A DNA stretch of 64,000 nucleotides from Podarcis liolepis (taxonomy: Eukaryota): NCBI GenBank assembly GCA_965112155.1, contig OZ218099.1; one strand, written 5' to 3'. The position numbers and the translations under genes are program-made. The notes under the pieces were generated by a model, which saw only the letters and a list, made by a program, of their open reading frames with translations, was not told the origin of the DNA and searched no databases. Shown here piece by piece: positions 1 through 11,500 of this stretch. The first letter of the stretch is position 1, and the number at the start of each line of letters is the position of its first letter.

Positions 1-1183
1 TTCCTTTTATGTCACTGGAACTTCCTCTCACAATTCCCAGCTTTGTTTATTTTATCTGTTAAGAGAAGCAGAGTATTCAATTCTCCCCCCACTGTTCTCT
101 CCCTCTTTCTTTTCCATCCCGTCATTTCCTGCCAAGGCGCTTCTTACTTTCCCATTCCTTTTTCCCAATGTGGATGGAATAAGCAAGGCTTGCGGGCATA
201 TCTTTTATATCAGAGTTGCCTACCCTGTAGCTTTCCAGGTGTTGTTGTATTCTAACTCTCTTCAGCACCAGCCAGGATGGGCCATGGTAAGAGATTATGG
301 GAGTTGCAGTCCAGCAACATCTGGAAGACCAAAGGTTCTCCACACTTCCTTTCTACACAGTATCAGAGGCAAGAAGATTCTCTGCCTCAAGGATACTTGG
401 AGGAAGTGGGCTATGTAGGGTTATTGAGTCACCACCATTTTAGGTTTTTCTCTACTACCCCCAAGGATTTGGGAAACCTGGCTTTGGTGAGCTAGAACTA
501 CGAGATTAGAAGTTGCCTTCACTCTTGGGATTTCCCCCTTGCATAGAGATTTCTCTCCAAATTGGAAACAGGAGTTTCCTCCCACAAAACGCTGCATTCT
601 CTTACCCACCCCCTCAGAGATGAAGATACAGGCAAACTCCTGGAGACAGTTCCCATTAAAAAGGTTCATATGGAGACGAATTTAAGTGCCTTCTTACGTG
701 AGAAAATTCTGCCCCTCCTGTCTCCCCTTTGGCAGGAAGAGTAGCTTAAGGGAGTGGAGATGGCGTCTCAGCCAGGAGCTGAGACTGATACTCTAAGGCT
801 GTAGCAGCTCAGACCCTCTATGAGTAGTCAAGGAAAGTGGGGGTGGGCCTTGATGATTTCCTCAGTGCTGCTTGCCAGCAAACTATTCATCGGAGAAGCA
901 GACTTCACTGTTTTTATTACAGTGGCGAAGGGCTGGGAATAGCAAAGCCTGGAGGGTTAGTCATGCAATTCTGTGCCTTTATAGCTGCAAGGATTCCTTG
1001 GAGCATGTGTACACAGACCAGCAGTTGGGCAAATTCAGGGTGGTCATTCCTCTATTGACCAGAGCCTGCTTAACCCCCTTGCCTAGAGAATCAGGATACT
1101 GTTGTGCTAACCTTATGCATGGCATGTCCAGTGCCCCACTTTTGCTCCTTTCTGTTATGGCTGCCTTTCTCAACTCCACAGCT

Positions 1184-1365
1184 AGATGGAGGACTCATAC
1201 CTCAGCGGTAGAACACATTCTTTGCAGAAGTGGTCAGTCTTTGGTTAATAGACAGTCTTGGTCAAAAGAGCAGTCCCTAAACACCTTAGAAAGTGCGGCT
1301 AGTCAGAGTAGATACTGGGTTAGATGGACCTACAGCCTCACTTGGTATAAGATAGCTCCGCATGT
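1184..1365 (+). mobile_element. Degenerate tRNA-derived SINE (same family as 51521, 53989, 59962)
   Basis: A-box-like ctcagcggtagaac head and tagatggacc...ggtataagatagct tail shared with the other copies. Confidence 0.6.
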
Positions 1366-1620
1366 GTATTTTTGCACCCATAATTTCTGTGTGCATTAAC
1401 TGCTTTATTTATTTTGTAATTGCATATTTTATTGTTGTTAACCTACCCTGGGAACTTTAGATAAAGAGCAGGTAATAAATTTAATAAAATAAATCAATAA
1501 TAATGTGCCTGGTGTACTCCCTCCCCCCAAAAAAATCCTTTTTGATTTCCTTTTCTACCACTGGTTCCAGCTGCTGGCTGTATTTTCATCTGTTCTTTGT
1601 GTTCCTGCAGTTCTCTTATC

Positions 1621-1797
1621 AGGAACACGTAAGCAACTTGACTGTCGAGCCAAGTATTATCTACTCTTAAGTGGAAGCAGGGTTTTTAGGCAGAGGTCTT
1701 TCACATCCCCTGCTTCCTGATTCTTTTAACCTGAAGATGCCAGGGGTTGATCCTGGGATCTTCAGCATGCAAAACATGTGGCCCATCACTGAGCTGT
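1621..1797 (-). mobile_element. Degenerate tRNA-derived SINE
   Basis: Reverse complement reads cagctcagtgatgggccacatg...aagatcccaggatcaacccctggcatc, matching the head of the plus-strand copies. Confidence 0.55.
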
Positions 1798-2397
1798 CGT
1801 GACACGGAAGGAGTGGGAACAGAACTTCTGCTTAATTGAAAATGGAATAAGCTCAGCAGTTGCACAGATTATATAAACATTGCTTTGGATTAGTAGAACT
1901 AACACATGATCAAGTTTGATGCATGGAATGCTTACTCCACCATCCGTAAACTTAAGACAGTTGCGTTAGGATAGGTGCTGTATGTACCATTATGGTTAAG
2001 TCGGGATGTGGGGAAATAATGGAGAGGAAGGAATGGGATGCAAGGAGACTTGTAGAGACAGCAAAGATGGAGTTGGAGTTTTGGGGGAATTCCCCCCCCC
2101 CTTCTTACTACTAGATAGGCCTTAAACTGTCTGTCTGATCATTTTCACCTCTTAAAGTTAGTAACTATAAGGAACCAGCTTTAAAATTAGGGATTTTGTT
2201 TTTAATGCCTTGTATTTGAAGCGAAACGCTGTTATTTATTGTGCACCTTTGCTATGGAATAATAAGCTAGTATTCCTAGGTGTGAGCTTGCCAGGATGAG
2301 ATGGACCCCCTTGCCTCACTGTGGTTGTGGTGCTACAGTGATGGACACATGGGTGAGTCTAATCATTGTAATAACAAATGGTTCCTCTTGGTTGCAG

Positions 2398-2511
2398 GTT
2401 TCAGTGGCACTTACTGTGAGATCAACATCAACGAGTGTGAGAGTAATCCCTGTGTCAATGGTGGCGTCTGTAAGGATATTGTCAATGGATTCAGCTGTAC
2501 CTGTCCCTCCG
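2398..2511 (+). CDS. NOTCH3: NOTCH3 exon (114 bp), EGF repeat [19 protein letters not shown]...TCPS
   Basis: ttgcag|GT acceptor, G|gtaagc donor, phase 1-1, EGF cysteine pattern. Confidence 0.95.
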
Positions 2512-5500
2512 GTAAGCCAAGGGCTTTTTTCAGCAAGGAGATAAATGGCACTGCATCGTTCTCTTACCTGTCCTCCCTGCCTGGCATAGCACAGGTGAAC
2601 TTGAGCCTGTTCCCCTACAGGGCACCTTCTCTGGTCTCTTAAAATAGTTTGCATGTTTGTGTGTATCTGAAACCTGACCAGACCTTACTTTGATAAAGCT
2701 GGTGAGCATCTGCCCTGTTTTTAAGGAGCCTTGCTTTCATCCCTTCTCCTGATGTTAGGAAATGTCTGCCCCTTGTGTGAATTCAGCTGAATTTGAGTCT
2801 CTTAAGTTGAGCTGTGCTGTAGCTTTTCATGAGCTCACACTGCCCCTTGTGCTTCCTCTCATCCCTTGCACTGTGGTACAGTTTGTGTAAGTTTTCTTTG
2901 CTGAGCTAGGAGTCCAGCTTGGGGAATTCTTTGTCAGTGTATGGGATGCAACTGTAGCCCTAAGGAGAGTGTGTTCAGCTCATTCCCCAGGACTTGCTCC
3001 GCTTTTCTGCTACCAAGCGGGTGGGGGGCCCTGTCCTCCATTCAGTTGCTTCCAGGGCTGATTGACAGACAGGCCTATAGCTTGCTGTGTGGGAGCTGGG
3101 ACAATGGTATCTTTGTTCCCCCAGCCTGTCGCACAGGCCCCTGAACCCAATTTACATGTGGGGCAGACACCGCAAAGCCCCCTGTGGAGAGGAGGGGGAG
3201 AGAACATTGAGAGCCTTTGCTATAGGCCTCTGGTGGTAGGGCTGTGCTGTGCAACCAGGATGAAGTTTGAGGACTCCTGTCCCACATAATTTTTCCTCCC
3301 AATGCGAACCTGTTTTCTCTTTATCTGGAGCTTTCTGTCCAAACTATCATTTTATTCGAGGCTTGCTCTAGCTGTGTACCCACTTCAGACACTTAGCTTG
3401 AGAATGAGTATACACTCAATTCTTTTGCCAGCCTAGCTTGTGCCCTTTTCAGACATACTTGTAAAGTCCTCTGTTACCTTTAACAGCTGGGAACTTCCAA
3501 GTACACAAGCTTTTTTCACTCAGCTCTATGTGAAACCCAGCTAGGGAACAAGAGGTGCTATACATATAGTGCCTCCACTCTTCCACTGCAGCACTGAGTG
3601 TCCATTTCCCTGCTCCTTTTTTTATATAGCGCAGATGTTAGTGTAAGATTCTCATCCATCAGAGTGGATAACAACAAGTGTTCTTTCTGTGTGTGTTGTT
3701 TGGATCTTCTCTTGTATATATTGGGTGAAATGCAACACGTATGTTAATGTTGCCAGATTGAGTGCATGTTCCTCATTTTGTTGGTCCATCTGGTTTGTTT
3801 GACTACTTTTTCTTTCTGGGTTCAGGCTTCTCAGGCTCCATGTGCCAGATTGACATCGATGAGTGTGCCAGCACACCATGCCAGAATGGTGCAAAGTGTG
3901 TGGACCGGCCCAATGCCTACGAGTGCCGTTGTACAGAAGGTAATTGCACTCTGCAATGAGTTATTGCCTTTCATGCTCTTCTGTGCTGCTGGAGAGGGAA
4001 TTGTTTCAAATTATGAGGATGTTGTGATGACGACTGCACAAGGATTATTAGAATCTGATGCAGTCGAGAGAAAATTTTCCCCAAAACATCCTTTACATCT
4101 GCCTTTCATGGGTGCCATTTTTGAAAAGCCTGGGCTGGGTGTGTTGTGAGCTTTCTTCCCAATCCATGGTCCTTCATCTTTGAGCATCTTTTAGGGAAGG
4201 TGTCAAATCACTTTCTAACTTTGGTATCAAACCTTCAGCAAAATAACTTCTCTATTCTTGATTCCCAGATAGTTGTGAAAGATCAAGATCAAATTGATGC
4301 TTGCGGAGGTTCTGTTTTATTTCCTTTTAGATGACTTTGGTTTAAAGATGAGCACAGAATTTAACACCATGAAATTCCCAAGGAAGATTATTGTGTTCTG
4401 AAACCTAGTGGTGCACAGTGCATGCCACAACACATCATAAAGAGAACTAATATTCCCATGAAGTAAAGGAAATGGACTTGGGAGAGTAGGATTTTTTTTT
4501 AACAGACTGCAAGAAACGCCTACACAGAACGGCTTTTAGGATAAGGGGAAAGGAAGCCAAATTAGTGCACACAGTTCATTCACATTGTGGAATGGAGAAA
4601 GGAGGGTTAGGTTACTCCTCATTTTTTGTTGAGTTTCTTAATTGATGTTTCTAACTTGCTTGATAAACATGAAGTGACATCCCTTCTCAGTTGCTCAGAC
4701 ACTTAAAAAAGGACAGTAGATGCATATCTGATTGGCTTACAAAACAATGACTCTCAGTTTGAAAATTACAGTGTTTTGAACACAAGCAGTTTTAAGTAAA
4801 GGTAAAACAGAGAACTAACAGTAGTTGTGGAAAAAAATAAATGTTTTGCTTGCTACATTTGGGTCTTTGGATGCATCTTTTCAGATAAATAGTAGTTTAG
4901 GAAACACTGGGCTTTTCTAACATATTAGATAAATGTATCTGGATGGACCTAAAAGTTATGAAAATGGAAGGGAGGGGAAAACCTTTCCCCAGTCTGCTGT
5001 GTGCATGAATTGCTATGATGCTGATGCTGATTTCCCTTTTCACTTACAGGTTTTGAGGGGCCTTTGTGTGAAAGGAACATTGACGACTGCTTTCCAGATC
5101 CCTGCCACCATGGCACTTGTGTGGATGGCATTGCTAGTTTCACCTGCACTTGTGCAGCTGGTTACACTGGATACCGCTGTGAGAACCAGATCAATGAGTG
5201 CCACAGCAATCCCTGTCAGCATGGCGGCAAGTGCATTGACCTGGTGAATAAGTACCTGTGCCACTGCTTGCAGGGGACCTCAGGTAGGGCATCCCTCCTC
5301 GCTCTCTTTCTCTGCTTGCTCTCATTCCTTACATCTCCCAGTCCTATCCAGCAGCACCACACTTTTTGGTTATTTTCTTAGAAAAATGTATAGACTGTTT
5401 AATCAGAAAACTCTCGTAAGTTGTATATATAATAAGTTGTTATCAATAAAAACACAAGATAAAAATCAGCAAAGTAAAACACACACACACACACAAAACT

Positions 5501-8500
5501 AAACGAATGCCTGGGAAAACTTGCTGCAATAAAAAAGAACAATATAATGAAGGCACCTGCCTGGTGTCAATAGGCAGGGAATTCGAAAGCACAGGTGCTG
5601 CCATACTAAAAGAGAGATTCACAAATGCAGAGTAAACATTACATGTCACTTATAAAACTCAAGTTTTGCAGATCAAAGCAGCAAAATAGGCATGTATGGG
5701 GCAAATCAATCCCCCCAACAAACTAGATATAAGCTGTTAAGGGCTTTTTATATGTGAATACTAAGCTTATTTTAAGCTGTCTGCTTTGCGTGCATCTAGT
5801 TTGTGTGATGTCAGCTGGCCGGCTGCCAAGCACGTAAAGCTGCAATCGCACAAGTTAAATGTGTGCAAATTGTGAGTCTCCTGTGCTGCTGTTGCCAAGC
5901 TATCCTGGTCCAGTTATGGGTCACAGCTGTTGCACCAGCAGAAGCTGGGAAAAGGCTCTCTTAGCCACTGAGCACACCTGGACCTCCAGTGACAAAACTG
6001 GATTCAGAAGCACCTCCAGGCTGTGTACCTGCTACGCTGGAGTGCAGGAAATCCTCTCCAGGGCAGGAAAGGAGATCAAGAAGGAGCAAGGTTGCACTCT
6101 TGATCAAAATCATCCCATCAGGCCAGCCACAGCTGGAACGGGTCTCGATAATCTGTACTTGCCACAACCTTCTTGACCACCTTCCCCCCAAAAAGTGAGT
6201 GCCTGCAACTGGTCAGTAGTTAGTCCAAACTAAAGAGTCAGCTTCTTTGGGAGTGGCCATACCCCTGCCTCTTTCAAGGTGGTAGGGACCATCTCCTTAT
6301 GCAGCGAAGGATTAACCATTTACATAGCTATTGGGCAGAATCCATTGATTATGCATAGGAAGCTATAACAATTTCCATTTCATTGCATCTAAACCTACTT
6401 GCACCAGTTCTTTCCACTCTATACATGTCACTCAGCCAAGACAGGAAAAAAATTTCAAGCTTGCTGTGGGTCCATTTGATGTAGGGCGATTGCATCTTTC
6501 TTCAGGCCTGTGATATATCCTTTTCTCCAAGGTGCCAATTGTGAGATCAACTTCGATGACTGTGCCAGCAACCCCTGTGATTATGGCATCTGCCGCGATG
6601 GCATCAATCGTTATGACTGCATCTGCAAACCTGGCTTCACAGGTGATGGCTGGGAGAATGAATTGCTGGTCGGGAATGGGGCAGAAGTAGGGGGAATTGA
6701 AGAGGGTCAGAGTCAACAGCTACAGCTTTAATCAAGAGAGAATACCATGGCAGAATCTACAAGTGTTTGGCTTTGCAGGCAGAGCTTGAGGTAGCATTGC
6801 TCAATAGATGCTATAGGATTTAATCCATGCCTGGTGAAGGGGACAAAGCTGGATGAAAGCAGCAAGAAGTTTCTTCTTGGCCACTCTGTTGCTGAGCAGT
6901 CCTTTCTCCCACTTAGGTCCCCTGTGCAACGTGGAGATTAATGAATGCGCCTCCAACCCCTGTAAGAATGGTGGCACCTGTGTGGATGGTGAAGACGGCT
7001 TCTCTTGCCTTTGCCCCGAGGGATTCCATGATCCACATTGCTATTCAGAAGTGGACGAGTGCAGCAGCAGCCCATGTGTGCATGGCACATGTCACGACAA
7101 CATCAATGGGTGAGAACTGATTACCCCAGTGCATGAACTGCTGCAGCAGGAGTAGGCAGGCTTTGCTCCTATTGTTCCCATGAGGTGGCTCTGAAGACAG
7201 GAGTGGATTAAGTCACTTCCTACAGGCCAGTCAAATGGGCTAACAATGGGTGGTGCTTCTTGGAGGGTGTAAGAAAGCTTTCCCTCTTCATCCTTGCTTT
7301 CCCCCCTTCTTTCCTCTACAGGTACCAGTGTAAGTGTGAGCCAGGCTGGGCTGGCACCAACTGTGATGTGAACCACAACGAGTGTGAATCCAACCCATGC
7401 CAGCATGGAGGGACGTGCACTGACTATGTCAATGGCTATCGTTGCAAGTGCAAAGAAGGCTTTCAGGGTATGCGTCTCTATAGCTTCCTTGCCTTGCTTT
7501 TGTTGCCCGAACTTTACACCATGCTCAACCTCTGTCTAGCTCTTCTGTAGCCCAAGATACATATCTCACCCACATACTGTTTTTCATCTCTTGCCATCTC
7601 TGGATAATACTCTGCCTGTTGTCCAAAGTTATGCCTTCTATGTAACCTTCAGTGTTTGAGCCATCTAGATCTATGAGGGATTTGTAGGTATCTGAACCCA
7701 GCTTTCCCCCAGTTCCATTTTCTGGTCCTTCATGGGAGCTGATGTTGGTTGGTGGCATTACAAGTGGGAGAAAGATTCATCTTCAGGGATATCTGTGTTC
7801 ATGGGGACCTTAATACTTATCTGGTTCTTCTGCAGGGACCTACTGCCAGACCAACATAAATGACTGTGCCTCCAACCCTTGCCTCAACCAGGGCACCTGC
7901 ACTGATGGCATTGCCAGCTATACCTGCATCTGTGACTTGCCTTACACTGGTGAGCTTTGTGGGCGGTGGGGAACACCTGAACATCTTCTGCAAAACTTAA
8001 TTCTTGTTAAGGGACTTGATCTAGTGAAGGGACTTGTATGCAAACCCCATGCCAGGATTTCAGTTTGGAAGGGAGGGATTAATAAGCAGTAATTGTTTGT
8101 ACTGAGTGCCATGTTAGAAATTCATATTCTGCATTTTAGCCATTCATGGATAAGTAATGCCAATAATGACTAAAGGACAATGGTGTGATAGTTAGGCCAC
8201 AAATAATGGATGGAGAATATTGCATGTGTCTGTTTCTTCCTCCTTAAAAGATAATACAGTCGTACCTCGGAAGTCCAACGGAATTCATTCCGGAAGTCGT
8301 TCGACTTCCAAAACATTTGGAAACCAAGGCACAGCTTCCTATTGGCTGCAGGAAGCTCCTGCAGCCGATCGGAAGCCATGGAAGCCATGTTGGATGTTCA
8401 GGTTCTGAAGAACGTTTGCAAACCAGAACACTCACTTCTGGGTTTGTAGCATTCGGGAGCCAAAACGTTCGACTCGCAAGGCGTTTGTGGTCCAAGGTAC

Positions 8501-11500
8501 GACTGTATGTACTTGGGTGCTCTAAAGGGAGAGTGCTTGGAGAGCTGAAATAGATGTGTGTGGTGTGAGAGAGAGAAAGAAAAAGAGAGACTGAGAAACA
8601 AAATGATAAGGGATGACATGTTGCCTTTACTATGTTTAGTTCTTGGGAATTGCCACTGTGCATGCTGAGTTCAGGCGACAATGTCACAACATGGGTAGGG
8701 AGAAGGATCTGAGTCACTCATCATTTGGTGATGTCACAGGCATTATCCAATAGATGCCTTTGGTATTTGTGCAACTTCCATTCTACAAGTCACTTTAAAT
8801 TGCAACACCATCTGCTTTCTGCAAACCACATTTTTAAAGCAGCAATATGTCATGGTTAGGGAGCCTGGAGATGGGTATAAACAAAAGTGCTTCCTCAAAG
8901 AAAGACATCTGGATCCATGCAACAAATGACTGGCAGCTAAACATTTGTTACTCTATAAACTGACTAACTGGGAAAGCTCTTGAATTAACTTTATTATATA
9001 TACCTTATGTATAAAGTATAATTCCCACTGACATTACTTTGTGGCTAGACATTTGGTCTCTGAACTTGATTTGTATTCCTGTTGAGTTCAAGACATACAT
9101 GTTATTTAGTTCAGAATAAGATGGCTATTAGGCCAGTGGAAATCCAAACAAGTACCCTTATCTATTTCTCTTCCCACAGGCCGGAATTGTGAGAATGTGC
9201 TGGCTCCCTGTTTCCCCAATCCATGTAAGAACAATGGTGTCTGTGACCACACACCGGACTATGAGAGCTTTACCTGTGGTTGTGCACCAGGCTGGCAAGG
9301 TACTCAGACTCATGAGCCACATCCTTCCTGTACTTTTCTGAATATTGTGGCATCTAATCCTATGAGCCTATGTGCCAGTTTTATATTTTAATTTGTTTTA
9401 ATTTTGGGGTGGCTTTTAAATATAAAGGCATTTTTACTAATTTGAGTTTGTATGGCTCACTGTCCTGAGTGTCTTTGGATGGAAATGCGAAAAAGAAATT
9501 TCAGAAGTAAAATTAAATATTTTTACTTGGTTTGACATTCTTGTACTGATATTACTTCACAAATACCTTTACCAGAAGATCTGCCATTCTAATGTGGCAA
9601 ATTATCATTATTCCTGATGGTAATTGTGGCTGGATAATCTAATAATTTTCTTATATCTATGCATTCTGTGTGATTGATTATTTGATAGTAGACACATGCT
9701 TGGGATATTGTTTTGTTGTTTCCTTCATTGTTGTTGGATTTTTGCTTCTCCACATGGTGGATGCAGCAATATGAAAAAGTCAATAGAAGTGGATGGGGGG
9801 GAGGGGGAAAAACAAACAGTAACCATATTTTCTTATCCCCATAGGGCAGCAATGCCAGATTGACATTAATGAATGTGACCAGGACCCATGTCGAAATAGG
9901 GGCACCTGCACCAACACACATGGCAGTTACAGGTGTGCCTGCCGTCCCGGCTACACTGGTACCAACTGTGAGCTGGATATTGATGACTGCAAACCAAGTG
10001 AGTTCATTGAGCACATGGGACAACAGGAAAGAACAACCAAGAATCTGAGATCTTGCTAACTATGTTGGTGAGGCAGTATAGCAAAAAGAACTGGGTGAAA
10101 GCTCTAGGAAGAAGGAGCACTGGTAGGACAGGAAACCTAATAAAGAACTGGAAACTGGGCAGAAAGGTCATTAGGTGACATCTGCCTTTCCAGGCTGGCT
10201 TCCAAGTTCACATTTTGGGAAGTGGCTGTGCCTTGTCATTTGGCTTATGTCTAGAGAATTAAAATGCTAAGACAATTAAATGGTACAGACTAGATGATTT
10301 AAGCAAATTTGCTTTCTTTTACCTAAGCATAATCTGTGTTGCATCACGATTGCTAATTGCAAACTCAGAACTTTGAGTGCCAGTGCTTATGTAGCCAAGA
10401 CAGAACCCTCCATGCATATGAGAGAGGTGTCGGCAGGTTTGGGTGAACCCCAAGTTTTTCGCAGGACTACAAGAAGTTTTGAAGGGGAAACACTCTCTTA
10501 AACAGTCCAACAAGACAGAGTAAGCTTACTGACCATGGAATGCTGACGGATTGTTGTGGGTGGGGTGGGGGGGAAAAACTGGCAGGGGAACAGGAATGCT
10601 TAACATAGCAACAATTGCTTGCAGGTTCCATTTGTACTTCAGACTTTTAAACTTTGCAGAACTTGGATTTCTTTGGCTAGGTATAGAATTGTAGAGTTGG
10701 AAGGGACCATGAGGGTCATCTAGTCCAACCCTATGCAGTACACGAATCTTTTGCCCAACGTGGGGCTTGAACCCAGAACCCTGAGATTAAGAGCCTCATG
10801 CTCTACCGACTGAGCTATTCCAATATAGGCTAGAGCAGTACTAAGAGTAGGTTGTGGACTGTGACTGCAACTGATATTCAGACAGAACTAGATCTTATTT
10901 GGATTGAGATGTTTGAATGTAACATTAACTCCTGTTAATGCCAGTGAAAATTCAACATGCCTGTGCTCCATCCTCAGTCTCTCCTGGATTATGTCCGTGA
11001 CTCTGCATGTGTGAAGTTAAACATGACAAAAGATCTTAGTCTTTTTGTATTGGAGGATGTCGTAGTGAAAGAGTTGAGAGCTTGTCTTGATCCCTCTGAG
11101 TATTCCTATCCCTGCCAACAGATCCTTGCCTGAATGGTGGCTCCTGCCAAGATGGCATCAGTACTTTCATGTGCACCTGCCTGCCAGGCTTCACAGGCAT
11201 ACACTGTGCAACTGAGACCAATGAGTGCCTGAGTAACCCCTGCCGCAATGGCGCCACCTGCACAGACTACGTCAACAGCTACACTTGTACTTGTGCGCCA
11301 GGCTGGGCTGGCCTACACTGTGAGCAGAATGTTCAGGAATGCACCGACAGGTGAGCGGATAGTTTGTCATGAGGAACAGTGACTTATGTCTGCCTATCTT
11401 TTAACTTGTATTACTCAGAGGGCACATTTTGCAGAATGGATAAAGGTAAAGGGACCCCTGACCATTAGGTCCAGTCGTGGCCGACTCTGGGGTTGCGGCG

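Noticed and set aside
3826-3835. Alternative in-frame acceptor 9 nt downstream (and CAG-GAG-GAG at 22863-22871)
   Set aside because: Common chance configuration; no evidence of use without RNA data
10753-10817. Genuine tRNA-Lys gene
   Set aside because: No 5' acceptor-stem strand and fused to a CR1-like tail; treated as a SINE
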